Part shown: in pieces, positions 1-14,400 of the stretch
How the letters are laid out: every line of letters starts with the position of its first letter
Position numbering within the stretch: position 1 is the first letter of the stretch
Assembly: GCA_024704765.1 (NCBI GenBank)
Contig: JAKMXF010000310.1
Location: forward strand, 931,999 to 995,998
Direction of reading: 5' to 3'
Length of the DNA: 64,000 nucleotides
Source: Oopsacas minuta
Lineage: Eukaryota > Animalia > Porifera
Translations under genes and position numbers: made by a program
Notes under the pieces: model-generated
The model's database searches: none
Seen by the model: the letters and a program-made list of their open reading frames with translations, nothing else
Told to the model about the DNA's origin: nothing

Positions 1-2413
1 AGATATGCAAGCGTTAGACAACTCACAATTGTCACCAAAGTATCCAGGAAGACAGTTACATGAATAATAATCTGGACCATTCATACAAATTCCACCGTTG
101 AGACAAGCCACATTCTCACAGTTATCAATTCTGACGTCACAATTCTGTCCTGTATATCCGTGGTTACATTGACATTCATAGGACGAATCAGCTTCTATAC
201 ACTGTCCGTTTTTACAAGGAATAAATGTACACGGGTGAACAATTCTCTGGCAGAGAGGACCTTCAAATTCGGGGGGACACATACACACGAAGCTACCTTT
301 TGTATTAATACAGATACTCTCATCCTTGCAGGGTTGAACTAGACATTCGTCAATATCTTCCTCGCATAAACTCCCATTGAATCCATGCGAACAGTTACAG
401 TTGAAAGAACCATTCATGTTAACACAAGTGCCTCCATTAACACAGGGTAGGTAGTTGCATTCGTTAACATCTAACTCACACTCTGTGCCTGTGTATCCGG
501 GAGCACACATACAGATGTATCCATTGGTTGTCTCCGAGCAGGCACCACCATTGAAGCATGGGGAGCTAGTACAGTGTAATATTTCGGTCTCACAAGTGCT
601 ACCTGTAAATCTTCCTGGACATTCACAAGTATAGGAATTTATCATATCAATGCATGTACCTTTGTTCAGACAAGTTTGATCATTACAATCATTAATGTTT
701 ATCTGACACTGATCACCTGTGTATCCTTCCATGCAAGAACAAGTATATCCTTGCTCAGAGTCCACACAAGTTGCCCTGTTTTCACAGGGAAGCATTGTTA
801 TACATTCATTTTCAAATTGGCACCTGTCTCCAGTTAAACCAGTAGCACAAGTACATTCAAATCCACCTACAGGCAAATTTTTACATGATCCCCCTCCTAA
901 ACAGGGCACAGATGTACAATTCCTTTGGAAACATAAGTTCTCATCCATGATTATATTATCTGTACTCACATTCTCGAAAAGAGAGTTTGTGATTATATCT
1001 CCTCCAATATAACAAAGCTGATTATTACTAGTAATAACAATAGAGTTCGCAGTTTGCAAAGATGCCAATCCGTCTACACTTACAATTTGAGAATTTCCAA
1101 TTATCGATAAGCGACCACCTACAGAAGATAAGGAGCTGAAACCAGTTATCTGTAAAAGATCGGAATTAAGGTTAAGGTAAATAGAGTTGGTAACAGATTG
1201 GATGCGTGTAAATCCATTGATATCTTCAAGATTTAAGTTAGAGATTAGGTATAGTTCATCAATCATTACTATTTCGTTCAGTCCTGACAAATCAGATAAT
1301 TTGCTATTATATGCAATGACGACAGGTCCATTAACAATCTGTATGTGCTTGAAGCCGGATACATTTAAGAGTTCCAGGTTGCCAATGACAGAAATGCCTT
1401 CTATGGTTAACATTTCGTCAGAAGCTATATTTCTCCCTAATTCTGAAGTGCTGACCAAATCTGGCATTTGGATAATAGATATTGATCGGAAAAATTCTAA
1501 ATTCTCAAGACCTGCCAGCGACTTCAACTGCTGTATTTCTCTAAGCACTAAACTGCCGTTAATCACACGCAAGCCATTAAGAGGAGACAGAGAGGATTCT
1601 ATTTCACCACTAATCTCTAAGTCAGCCTGTAGCCTCTCGCAAAGAGACAGACGTAGAATAGAGTACATAGATGGGATCTTTACTATGTTTAGACCGTTTT
1701 TACAATTCGCGAAAAATGATATTTTCATTGAAGAAGTATTGCTAATTCCTTCCTCAGTATCTACAGCCTGTAGGGTAACCGTTCTCTCGGAGAGGTCAGG
1801 AGAGAACAAAAGTATGTTAGCTAGCTTAGAATTAGAGTAGAATACTCGAGTAAGCGCAGAGATGAATTGTTCAGTAGTGGCTGGTCCTTCTAAGGTCAGC
1901 GGCATGAGCTCAGGAGTTGATCTTATTACATCAGACTCTAGAGGATTAAATGTCAATTTTTCGTCGACTCCATCCGGACTATTGACTAGCATGATAATCA
2001 CCCGTTGTAGGCGACCGGAATCGTCGGAGAGAAGGGGAGGGAAGTCAGGAGAGAATATTGTGATGCTGGGGGTAGTACTCTCCTCGAGTACTGGAGTAAA
2101 TAGGGGGGAAATAAATAGAACCGGTTGTAGGTTTGTAAAACTGAGATTGATCGAAGATTGAGCAGAATTAGAATAAAAACGTCCATCAAATGCTCTTAGA
2201 GAAATTCGTGAGGTAAAGAGTGGGGAAACTGGACGTGTTGGATCGGTGAGCAGCTGGAGAGACTGTAAGATATGAGAGAATAGCTGATTGCTGAGTCGAA
2301 TTGAAGGTTGTGAGATGGTCAGAGTACGAAAGGTTGAGAAGTGAGCAATCGTAAATTCTGTTTTTATAGAAGCATTCGATATAGGGTCACATGTGAATTC
2401 ATTTCTTGAGTAC
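1..2413 (-). CDS. Exon 23 (continues past left edge): end of B repeat 23, B repeat 24, receptor L-domain, 8 complete EGF repeats and start of a ninth
   Basis: Manual minus-strand translation is stop-free: ..NCKNG..CERLQADLEISG..GGRLSIIGN..ITSNNQLCY then CTSVPCLGGGSC..., DVNECNYLPCVNGGTCVNMNGSFNCNC, etc. Acceptor tatgtag|G. Confidence 0.93.
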
Positions 2414-5400
2414 CTACATAGAAACAACAGAGTAAATCTATCTCCCAATAACGAACATATTTGTGGTTAGGCTGTTATCAGGTGTAGAGGTGTTGCTTTT
2501 CGGAGTGTCAGTTTTTGGAGACATAACTGTAGACCAAAGTTAATCCGAACTTCACTTGTTTGTACCCATGATAATCCGAACAGTCCGTTACTACCACTAA
2601 GACTATTATACCATGTATACTTCAGTCACTAATTTGACCCACTTATTAGATATTAACGAAATTAATCTCATTCGATAGAGGAGAGTTGAACGTTTTACGC
2701 AATGTGATTTTATGTAAAATTCTTTTTTATAGGATTTTTGGCCAATTTACCTATGTATACGAATTCATTAAAATAAAGCACCTAAAAGTTAGAATTCGAT
2801 TCTGAAAATGTATATACACATTCGTGCCATATGAACGTTTATGTAAATTAAATTTCATTAAAAAATATTAAAAACTCACGGAGTTTTGGCAATTCAAATT
2901 TTAGTTGATAGAGGGCATTAAGTTTATCCAGAAATACTGAAAATTATCACACGCATCGACTTCTAAAAATTGTTAATTTCTCATTTTTTGTGAATTACCA
3001 ATTCTAACTTGGAACTCAATTCTGGAAAATATTTATAAACAGATTCGTCTCAAAATTTACAGGTACCTTCCTTTGTATTCTATAAATCAATTCCCTTAAA
3101 AAAACAGGGGCACTAGTATTCTTTTACAGAGTTTATGTATATATTTTTGTGTTTTCTCAATTGTTAATTGCCTTTCTTAATACAATTATATTGTGATATG
3201 ACTAACTTGTAAGACTGTCACACATTTACGTATAGGAAGTCAGATTATCAAACTTCGATACAAAAATAAATCTGTTTTGGAAAATTATGAAGATGAGAAG
3301 TTTATAGACCACAAAAGTCTATAAAAAGTACAAACGACCCCCTGTTTCTTTTAAAAAGTTTTGTCTATTAATCGGCGCATACGAAACCGGTGATAACTGA
3401 CCCAATCTGATAGAAAAATGGAGTTGAATTCAAAAGAGGGCAAAACGATATGTGGAGACGATCATTTGGCCTGGATTCATTTAGCTCTACTTCCAGTGTA
3501 TGGGTATATGCCGAGAAATCTTCATCCATGATAAAACTGTCCGGAGCAATATTCACAGATTGAGAAGTAAATGCCTCATAGATAATATCAGTATTGAAGT
3601 CGGTACCAGGCTGGAGAGAAAATTATAAATCATACAAATTAAACTTCAATAAGCTTACGTGTTTGTTTGTGCTTGTAGATTAGAGTCTACAGGGTATGTG
3701 CAACCATGGCCTACAGGACTTAATACCTTGCAGTGGATGTCACCGAAGGCCAATTGAGTTTTTCAATTTATAGACAAACTAGCGCTCTTACCAATTGCCA
3801 AATATACTTTCTAGAAGTTTCCGTATATGAGGAATTCATTGAGACTAAGGAATTTCTCACAGCTTTATTCTCTTAAAATCATGAAAAAATCTAAATTATG
3901 AAATTGTTATTGTTGTCTGGTTGTTTGTTTGTTCGTTGTCAAGGAAAGGATTTATGGAATGCAATATTGAACTCGAATTTCGCTATTCGGAGATATCGTA
4001 CTACTATCTATTTATCGTGATTATTGAAGAAAGTAAAAACTTGACTAGTTATATGAATATCCAGGATCCGAGGTACGTAGCAATTTAGGAAAACACATGG
4101 CTAACCTCATTTCGATCAAGATCCAATATAGGAACATTATCATTGTCATCTATTACTATTACAGTAACCAAACACGAAACGTTAGATAGTATGCTCTGAA
4201 CTTCAATTACAACTGTCTGTTGAAATAGATCAGGCTCTGGATTAACGAGGTTGTAACTGAGAGTTGTCAATATCTTAGAATATTCTTCTGAACTTCCTTC
4301 TCCCTGTATGAGTATTGTATTTCTTGTTGAGACAATGTTGAAGCTGGAGTTGACACTCTCATTGAGTTGAATCTGGTCTGATAGAGAATAATTCGCGAAT
4401 CTTATAGAGGCGGATGTGATAATGTGATCAGCATCTCCATCGTAGAGTGTTAATAGAGAAGCAATTAGTATACCTACAATAAGCAAACGGATTAGAGTTA
4501 TATGAATTAGCTCACAAAGTAATAGTTGGATTAGTGAAATGCATTTAAACAATACTACAAAAACCCCACTTAATCATCCGATTCGGTCAACCAATTATCC
4601 AAAAAAAGTACTAGTCCCTCGTTGACTGAATCGGATAATTGAGTGGGAAATACTGTAGTTAATAAATAAGGAAATATGAGCACATAATCACAAATGTTAT
4701 ACAATGGTGAAAAGTTTCAAGACATATATATATAGACAGGGTAGTAGGAAGCACATGGAAAGTGGGGCAGGCCATGTTTACATAGTAATATAAAGGGGCG
4801 GTTATGCTAACTCATGGCACATATAACTAACATTATTTCATTAAAAAAGTGAGGCGGCCCAGGCCATCCCACTTCCGACACCCCTAAATATAGAGGTATA
4901 TCATATTCTGTAGTTAAATCGTATACAATTCGTTCTTTATCAACACACAGCTTAGTACATCGGATTTAGCTTGAGTGTTTAACAGCAAATTTTCTTAGTG
5001 TTTATGGTAGCTACGCAACTGGATAACCTCGGCCAGCACTACATGCCTCGCATTGACAAAAAGCAGAAAATCTATTAATTCATTATCTAAGACCCACCGA
5101 GAGTACCTCTAATGGCTTTCTGTAGTAATTACTAGAATATAAAAAAGACATTTTCTTCTGAGGAACCCAAATACTTCAATTCATCATAGCGATAAATGTG
5201 TTTTAGTCCAAATTCAGCATAAAAATTAATTATTCAGACATTTATCGTATATTTCCCCACTTGTAGAGGTAAATTTCAATGGTGTGAGGCATAATTATCT
5301 CTAAACTATGACCCATTCCCCACTCCCCGCAAATAGAGGTTCTCCGTTAATAGAGACCCAACTTAATGAGGTTGCACAGCTTAGATTTCCCAAAAAATTA

Positions 5401-8400
5401 TGTCGGCTCTATGCTTTGTTCGGATTAGCGAGGGGCTTTTCGGATAAGATTATTTGTTGTATATTTAACAAATAGGAAACAAAAGGTACAAAGTGAAATA
5501 AAGAGCAATAGTAATTGATTGAATACTATAACACAGGTATGTGTATAGGTAAAAGTGCATACCATTAGAATCAATGTTTTCATTGTAATAGAAGAATGAA
5601 AGGTTACAGGAAATGACGAGAGGGTTATCATTCACAAGAGAGATTACTATTATGAGCGAAGGAATGTTACTGTCGAAGCTCCCATCACTAACAACGAATG
5701 TGATTGTTCTGTTGGTTGGAGAAGGCTCGAACCTTTCGTTACGGTAAACAACAGAGGAAAGTATTGATTGGTAGTTAGTCAAATTAGAAGTACCAGAGAG
5801 AAATAAATCGACCTGGGAACCTATAATTGGAGAATAGATGCATTACATATAGAATCATTATGTATTAGAAGTACTTCTTTCAAAGAAAAATTTAGTTCTC
5901 ATTCATTATAATACAAGTCCTATTCGGTAAGACGTACTTCGGATAGTACGTACTAATTTTTAACTCCCGAAGGCGAATTCATTTTATCTGAGTTCTACTG
6001 TAATTCGTAACAAATGTAACGTAATATTAAGCACCCACTTGTATTCAGGATTTGAATGTCATTTCTAACCAGCTTATCATAATCAAGAGATAATGACTCG
6101 TATGGCATATCAGAATCTCCAGATAGAGAGATATTTGCTGATTGTAGGGGGAAGATAGCGTTGTTGTCATCATCTGATAAAGCGATACCTGACAGCGTTC
6201 CAACATTGAGTGTATTATTCCTAAAGATGGGATAATTATAATACAGATGAACCTGCATAAACGATATCTGTATAATCCGGAAGACCTCTATAATTTGACA
6301 GCGTTTCTGATCTGAAATAGCTTCCCACAATACAAATTCACATGTATAATCAGACATTTTTGCTAAACCGACAAAATGATCATGTCCCACGAGTGTCGGT
6401 TTATGCAGGTTCCAGAGAATAAATTTGAGGTAGTTATATATCTCATCAAACATATCAATTGTATTACTAGTTTAGAACTTTAGGTACATTAACTCCTGTA
6501 ACTAGATAATAGAGATCGCAACGGACGAGTTTTAGTCTAGAGCCCGCTGACACGAGGCATTCAGACCCGAAGCCCGGGGCCGACGCATACTTGAGTTAGA
6601 AAATAATATTGAATTAAAAATATATGAACTAGATCGACAGTCAGAAACTGTGATTGAATGCAAATTTCAATGATAATTCTAATTGAATATAAGAGAGAAA
6701 GGAAATTATTTAAAAATGTAATGGCCGGGATATTCGGAAACCTAAAGTATAGGCCTGAAGCTAGAAGCTCAAATTCGGCCCCAGCCCGAACGAGCCTCGG
6801 GCTCGGGCTTGGGCTGGGCTAACAACCTCGACTAGATAATACACACATACATGGCGTTTCTAGGGGGATGTTTTGCTTGCCTCCATTTGACCTCCCAGAA
6901 GATATACTATAGTGAAACTGCGTTAATACGAACACATATAATATGAATTTCCAATTAAGACGGACAGAATTTTACACAATTTTAGTCCTTGCAATAGATA
7001 TTCAATTGTTTTACTCCGGATAAAGAGTATAAATCTCGAAGGTCCCTTGGTGTACGTATTAACGAGGTTCTACTGTATTTCTTATAAATAGAAGTATAAT
7101 TCCCTAGTTGAACATATTTGTTAATAGGTATATCACGAAATATTTGGCCAGTGCTGTTAATTGTTTGTTGGTTGGCCAGACCAAATACAGTAGAACATCT
7201 ATAAGTGAGGAGGTCGGGACGGAGAATTTCCTGATATCCATCATTCACCATTTATAATTTCAAATGTAATAAATGGGGAATGGGATTACGTGTTTTTTCT
7301 CCAAATTTTGCACAAAATTTGATAATTCAAAAATATTAATCTTGGAATTCCAGGGTTGCTGTGGGAGTAGAATTTCAATCCCCATACCCATTCGATTCCC
7401 ACAGGATTTCTGTGGGAATGCCTATGGAGATCCCCACAGGAAAAATATGATTACTATACCCATTCCACATCAACGCCAATCCGGTGGAATTCCCCACCCA
7501 TATATGTAAATTCAATAGTGTGAGGTATAATTATGTACAATTATACCCCATTCCCCATTCCCCATTCTCTACTCCCTCCCCACTTATAGAAGTTGCATTG
7601 TATATCAGAAATATTCGGTCTGGCCAGACCTAAAGGTTAAGTAGACCAACATTTTCAGACGTTTTGGACCGGGCTAACTTTTAGGTACGGCCAGACCAAA
7701 ATCAACACGGATAAATTATTTCGTAACAGGTATCGTATCATCATTTCACTATGTAATACTTGTGTATATAAATCTGTAGTAGATTAGCAGCTGATGTCAG
7801 TAGAATTACATTTCGATATTTGCAGGATAATTTCGCCAATACTTTTTTCTGTATAATTAGTTAGAAAATAAATTGAAAAATGTTCGTGTATCCTGTTACA
7901 GCATTTATGGGTCAAATTATAAGCCCCACAGGACTTTGCTTCCGATAAGAAAGACAATTTCAGTCCCCTTGAAATCGTTATCGAGAATCAGTTTGGTTAA
8001 AAGCAAATACGAATTCAGGATGGAATTTAAATTTCGAAGATGGCATTAGTAATAACAACAGCTACTTCATATTTAGTGAATGGATAGGCAATTAACCATC
8101 CAAGTAAGCTAACTAACGAGTTACTGATATGTGTATAATGGAAGGTTGGATTATGTCTCTATCAAGTATTAATATTATCCATAAATATAGTTAATTGAGA
8201 ATATCATTGAAAGGAAGCTACTCACATGTGCCCTTCAGTAAAATGTAATACTCCATTAGTAAGCTGAATAAGAGGAGGATTGTTATTGATTACTGTAACA
8301 TTTATGAGGATAGTAGTAGTAGCCATCATTTCTTGACTCCCACTGTCCTCTAACGATATCGAGATCATCCGAAGGCCGGGAAGAGGTTCATCAGAAGTGG

Positions 8401-11400
8401 AGTAAATATATTTTAGAGATTTAAGTATATCCTAAAATAATAACAAGCAGAGAATGTTGGAACAATAAATCAATGAATATAATATATATATATATATTAC
8501 CTCTGCTTCTACTAAAGTAGATATACGATCGACTCTAATGGGATTTGAGAAATTAGATAAAAAAATTTCTTCAGGCGTTTCTAACATCAAAACCTCCTGA
8601 GAAGGCTCTTGGTAGTCTATCAAAGATATCCGAATAGAAGAGACATAAGAATCTGAAAGATTATTAATAAAATAGGAAAAATAGGAAATAAACAGATTAG
8701 CTTAAGAGTTCTACACAATGAAATTTATTGATTGATGCTATTAGGTAAACAAGTAAAGCATTTGGATAGAACAAAACAATATGAAAGGTAAACACATACT
8801 ACTGATGTGTAGTACATAAGTGATCACAACAAACCTTTATCTTCGTCTGATAGAGAGATGCTAGTAAGGGAACCAATCGGTAATGATGAAGTGCCCTCTA
8901 CAAATACAAATGAATCTAGGAGAAGTGAGAGAGAGATTAGATTATCATTCAACAGCTGGAGAGAAATCGAAATCATATTAGAACTTGGGAATGCTCCGTC
9001 GTTAACATTAACTGATAATATCCTTGTAAGGACAGGATAAGCGGGCTCTGGAGCTGAATTAGTGTAAGTCAGTGTTGATAGTAGAGAATTGAAAGAAGAG
9101 AGGGGGGAGGGGCCAATTAGGATCAGCATATGTGAAGCTAAATAAATATCAATAGAGACAATATAAAACAAATTCAAAATTCATCATTAAGTTCAATCTA
9201 GACTGAGTAATATTCATAACTTCACTGCAATAATCAAATTGTAGATTTGGATGGATTATCGACTGAAATTATTTATATACAATAACTCCCGTTATATTTG
9301 ACTGATTGTTCGCCTTCTATACATTAAATGTGATTGAATTTACTCCACTTCCAACGGAATACCGCTTATAATGAAATGAAACAGTGTAACAGCGTTCCAA
9401 CCACTTTGTTATAACGAGGGTTTACTGTAAAAGGAATAATTCCAATCTCCCATTTGATAAAATTTGTAATGATCAGTGTTTACTTAAAGCAAAATCCTCT
9501 AATGAGAATTTAAGGTTCGATTGATGAATTGCAAACTTTCTGAATTTGATCATTTAACCGAATACGGCGGGAAAATGTGTCATTTTGTGACGTCAAAAGG
9601 CTACTGAAACCTCAATTTGGGTGCGGGAATTGGTTAAGACGAAGCGGTAAAATTATAATGTTCCTTTCGGTACGAATGAACACTTCGGCCGTAATCGGTT
9701 AAAGTAGAGGGATTTTGAAATTTGGCGAGTCATGAAGAAGTCATTTAGGCCACATTTTGCGGCGTTGCCATAGTAAAAAGATCCGGCCAGGCCAGGCCAA
9801 GATCTTTTCAAAAGTGAAAGAACTTCGCCCTCTCACTTTTTGTGGAAAATTACTTCCCTAATCAAATCCAAAAGTAACTCCTACTTATATCTCATTCGTT
9901 CGAAAAAATCCTGGTTGAGCCCTAGTTAGGTGACAAATTTGATGAATTAACTCAAAATATATACAGACAGTACCCAGTGTCAAAAACTAGGAATAGTAAG
10001 GCGGAATGTAGGTATTGTTCCTAGTTTTTGAAAATTCATTCTATCAATGAGCACAGCTTCAGTCACAAATAACAACAATAAAATTCTTACACAATGAAAT
10101 TTTTGGAAATTTCTAGCCAAATAAATAAAAAAAGGTCCCCAATTAGCCAGTTTATAGGAAAAATCTGCCCCTTGGCCAATTTCATTGGAAAACATATCAG
10201 AGATTTCATCTCTGACATATGAGTTAGAACCTGACTACGAAGTATATTATCCTTGCTAGCAGACATCGGGGTCAAATACTTTGAAATTATCAAATACAAA
10301 ATACAAATAATACATTTCGAAGTATCAGATATTTGTGGGATTTTGCGGCCATTGCGTTAAGTATTTGTAATCTCCCTGGTACAGCCGAAAATTTGTTTTT
10401 CTAACAGTCCAACTATTAATATCTCTAAAGAAATCCCTAGAAAAATAATTTCCGGCTGTATAGGCCTGTTGTCTAATATTTTGAGGAGCATAATATATTG
10501 AGACACTATTTTTACTAAGCCGACTAACACAATACATAGAATAGTGGCTCAGTTCTAAAATGGTTGAATTAGCATATATACACGTATCTATATTGACATA
10601 TATGTTTTCGCTCTGCTGTTTACACCTTAGAGGTTAAGACCAAATTTGGCATGTATACTCATAGTGACATCTAGTTATGCTCCTAACATTTGAAAAATTT
10701 CTTTAGTGTATATTTTCACACCTTTTGACACCTCTGTATTTAGCCCAATCAGATTGTCGAGTTTTACGATTAGGCATAAATGCATAAAATTAGTTCTGGT
10801 GGAGTGTTTGTAATTTAATTAGTACGGTAAAGTATTTGTATTGATGTGAAGTACAATTCTATTGCTATTGGTCAATACATTCTATTAAGTATATATGCAC
10901 ATTTATCATATGATTAATCATTTCAAACCTCTTCGGTGAACATTTCAAAATTATCCTATAGATTAGTTTCCACTTGTTAAATAGGGGTAGACAGGGATGT
11001 AGAATTCAATTTTGACATTTTCAATGTCTAACAAGATTCGTAAAATTCAATTATATCTTTCATTGCTAAAAATGGATATTTAGTAGAATAATATAGTTAC
11101 GATAATCCACTATTAATGAATTTTGTAAAATTTACTGGGTGGCCAAGTGCCACCCTGGAACTTGAGCACCCAGTGCTATCCAGTATGACTCCACCATAAT
11201 ACAAATTATAGGTCGGGTAGGCATGACGTCTTCTTTCCCTACTAAGACAGCCAGACTCATGAGCCTTGTTGCACCTATCAGTGGCGTCGTGCTATATGTG
11301 ACTGGGGGAGGGGGGCCCGGGATCCCAAATATTCTCTGGGCTCCCACATCGTTACTCCAAGGGGCCAGAAAAATGTCAACTTTCTGGGCTAATTACAAAT

Positions 11401-14400
11401 CAAACGTTATTTCTTGCGATGGGTTTCGGGCCTGCCCCTTATGATTGTTTACAGTGCCATAGACCCTCAACCAGAGCTTGTTGCACACTAGATTGATTTT
11501 ATGCCCCCCAGATTTCAAAGCCACACGACGCCACTGGCGCCTATTTGTGCCTTTTCACAAGCGTCTCACTGTCTCATAGCGTATAGAAATATTACTGTAT
11601 ATTTCTAATACAGAGACGTGGGAAGCAACAATTATTGGTGCGGCATTCATCACATATGACCATTAATAATAATAGAAATTCTTAATTATTGGTCAGTACC
11701 TGCCGCGCCGGCTCCTATGGCCTGTAATAGCATATCCATGGTTTAATTACTAGTAAAATAATTGTGTCTCAATTATTATGCAACAGGCTTATAGTAACTA
11801 GATATAGTATTGATTACGAGATTATATCGATATATTTGATTGTATTTGAAATGTAATTGAATTTTATAATACTCCTTTAACCTTTGAAGATCTAAATACG
11901 AATACGAATACAACTACATTTGCATTTGACTCCAAGTCTGCTTGCTATAAGTCTATATTTTACCAGATTGCTGATAAATGAAAGTTTGATTCTAGGATTT
12001 ATTAACTACTTACATTCGATAATATCGATGCCTAAAAAGGATTGAGAGGTGTTCAACTCGATCTTCTCTTGATCGCCATCTTGAACTGGAGACAGGCGTA
12101 GAGTGAGAAAAGTTAAAATATTATCTTGTTCATGGTCTGAGTCTTGTACATAAATACCAGAAACTGCACCTAACCTCAGAATACCAGATTCTTCTTCGTA
12201 TTCAAAGTTAGAATTTGGAATAATAATAATTGGACTATTGTCATTGGTTCCAAACACAGAGATAGTGATTTGAACTTGAGATATGCAATCAATAGTATTA
12301 TTGGACTCATCATAAACCTAGTTGGTAAAATTACATAATAATTTAATTAATAAATAGTTAAAAGTTATTAAAACATAAATGTATAATAACGTTTAACAAT
12401 CTAAATTCTCATCGGCCTAGCTAGCTTTGGTAGAATACATACGTATTACATATTAGAGGGTGGTTCAAATAGTTAGAAACACTCACCTTTTGAACCACCC
12501 TTACCACATTCTGTATTCTTAACCCAGAGAGTTTCTAGAATATGTCTAATTGTAGCCCTAAGGAAGAAATCATCGGACCCTTCTTTTTTGAAGATGAAAA
12601 TCGATCGACAGTCACAGGGAACTCTGAGCGATATATTGAAATAATAGAGAAATTCTGGGAAGAGCTAAGGGCTGGCTGTGGAACAAGAAGGGCCAGGCAG
12701 TACTTTCAGCATGAAGGCGGAACGCCACATACCACGAATATCACTATCCAGTGGCTGAAAGGTCACTTCAAGTCACGGGCTATCAGCAAGACTGTGAGAT
12801 TGAATGGCCACCCCTTTTTCCAGAGTTGAGACCCCTGATTCTTTTTGTGGGGGGGGGGCTCTCAAGGATAGGGTCTATGGCTCTATGCTAATAAGGTTAG
12901 GAATATCCCCCAACTCGAGGAAAGGATGATAGAGGAGTTTGGGGCATACAAAGACAAGTTCTTCATGACTTTATGAAGAATTTTACACTGAGACTCCGGA
13001 GATGTCAAGAGATCATATCCGGAGGGCACATGGAGCACAATAGCTGTAAAACTACCTTTCCTATAGAGTCATGATGCCGAAACTTTCTAAATATTTAGAA
13101 ATCCAGTCAACACCCAGTAACTCGAACATTCGTTAGCTCGAACGAATATTCAGTTCACTTTGTTGTACTTTATTTTTAGTTCCTATCGCATCCGTTAACT
13201 CGAACATTCGGTTTTTCGAACAGACTTTAACTACATAGTATAATAACTAACAATATAATATTTGAATAATTTTGCTATGAATGTTTTTATTGCATTTTTG
13301 AAAAGATCACAAAATACTGAATAAGCAGTAAAAATTCAGCTCTTACTCATTTGACAAAGTATCGTAAGGGAATTTGGACCTTAAATGGAGGCCATCCGTT
13401 AACTCTAACATTCGCTATCTCGAACCGATTTTGATTTCCCCTCATGTTCGAGTTACCGGATGGTGACTGTATATCAAAAGTGAATACTTATGAGAATTCA
13501 TTAATGTATATCAAAAAATGGCCGAGTAATGACAGAATTGATAAAGTGTTTCCAACCATTTTAAACACCCGATACATACCATTATAGCCAAGGATCTATC
13601 AGTTAGTATTGGCTCCTCAATCCTATTGAAATACTTAAGTCTAGCTAGAACTGTAGTGTAGGTAAAAGGGTCACTTGGACCATAGAGAGTGTATATCTGC
13701 ACTGAATCAGAATTGAGTGTCAAAGGATGGTCTAAAATATGAGTAAATAAATTAATATAGTGACTACATGATAGTTTTATCAAACACATTATACGTACCC
13801 AAATTTCTAGTGAACACAAGTGTAGAAGTATTATTAATTTCCAATCCTTCCATCTCTGACTCAATTCCATTCAATTGTAACAAAACTCTACTTATAGAAT
13901 TTATAGAAGAAGCTAATTGAAAGTCATCATCCTGCAACAGGAGACCAGCTTCTGACCCAACCATTAGAGGCTCAGAACCTTCTGAGAAGTTAAGCGTTGA
14001 CTTGCTGAGCGAGATTATAGGACAGTTATCGTTAAGCAGAGAGATGGAAATTGTAAGCAGAAGAGGTTCACTATATAGCAAACTATCTCTCACAGTAATC
14101 TCTACCATTCTCTCGTTGGCTAGGGGTTCTGGTTGTGTATTGATGTATCTTAATGTGTTTAATATAGATTGATAGATCTCTGGTGTACTCAAGCCAGAGA
14201 GGATAATCGTATGATAACCCTGCTCCACTATATAGTTAAGTGAGATATTATAATTTCTTGCAACAGTAACCTACAGATAAATAGAAATAAATAAACGAAG
14301 AATAATTACTAAATAAGACTAAATTGTAGGAAAAATGAAGAAGTATAAGAATACAAAACATAAACAAACCTCTATTCTCTCACCACACTGATCAACACAC

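Noticed and set aside
160-2161. Plus-strand ORFs 160-342, 719-1012, 1187-1840, 1862-2161
   Set aside because: Antisense shadows of the real minus-strand L-domain/EGF exon; no recognisable motifs.
6221-6453. 5' extension of ORF 5995-6453 and the alternative acceptor at 6252
   Set aside because: Only the acceptor at 6220 matches the phase-2 donor of exon 18; the upstream part lacks repeat motifs.
9980-10537. Three ~70-aa minus-strand ORFs in an intron
   Set aside because: No recognisable domain or host-gene repeat motif; exons 15 and 16 join in phase without them.
12457-12501. 13-bp perfect inverted repeat AGGGTGGTTCAAA with a 19-nt spacer
   Set aside because: Most likely collapsed Tc1/mariner termini next to the mariner remnant; too short to call a functional element.
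13110-13450. TAACTCGAACATTCG repeats as a possible CRISPR-like array
   Set aside because: Irregular spacing, few copies, enclosed by MITE TIRs; eukaryotic context.
14319-14369. Hydrophobic ORF tail VCLCFVFLYFFIFPTI that looks like a TM or GPI signal
   Set aside because: It is read-through into a T-rich 99-bp intron after a GAG|gtttgt donor; the spliced frame continues into exon 13.
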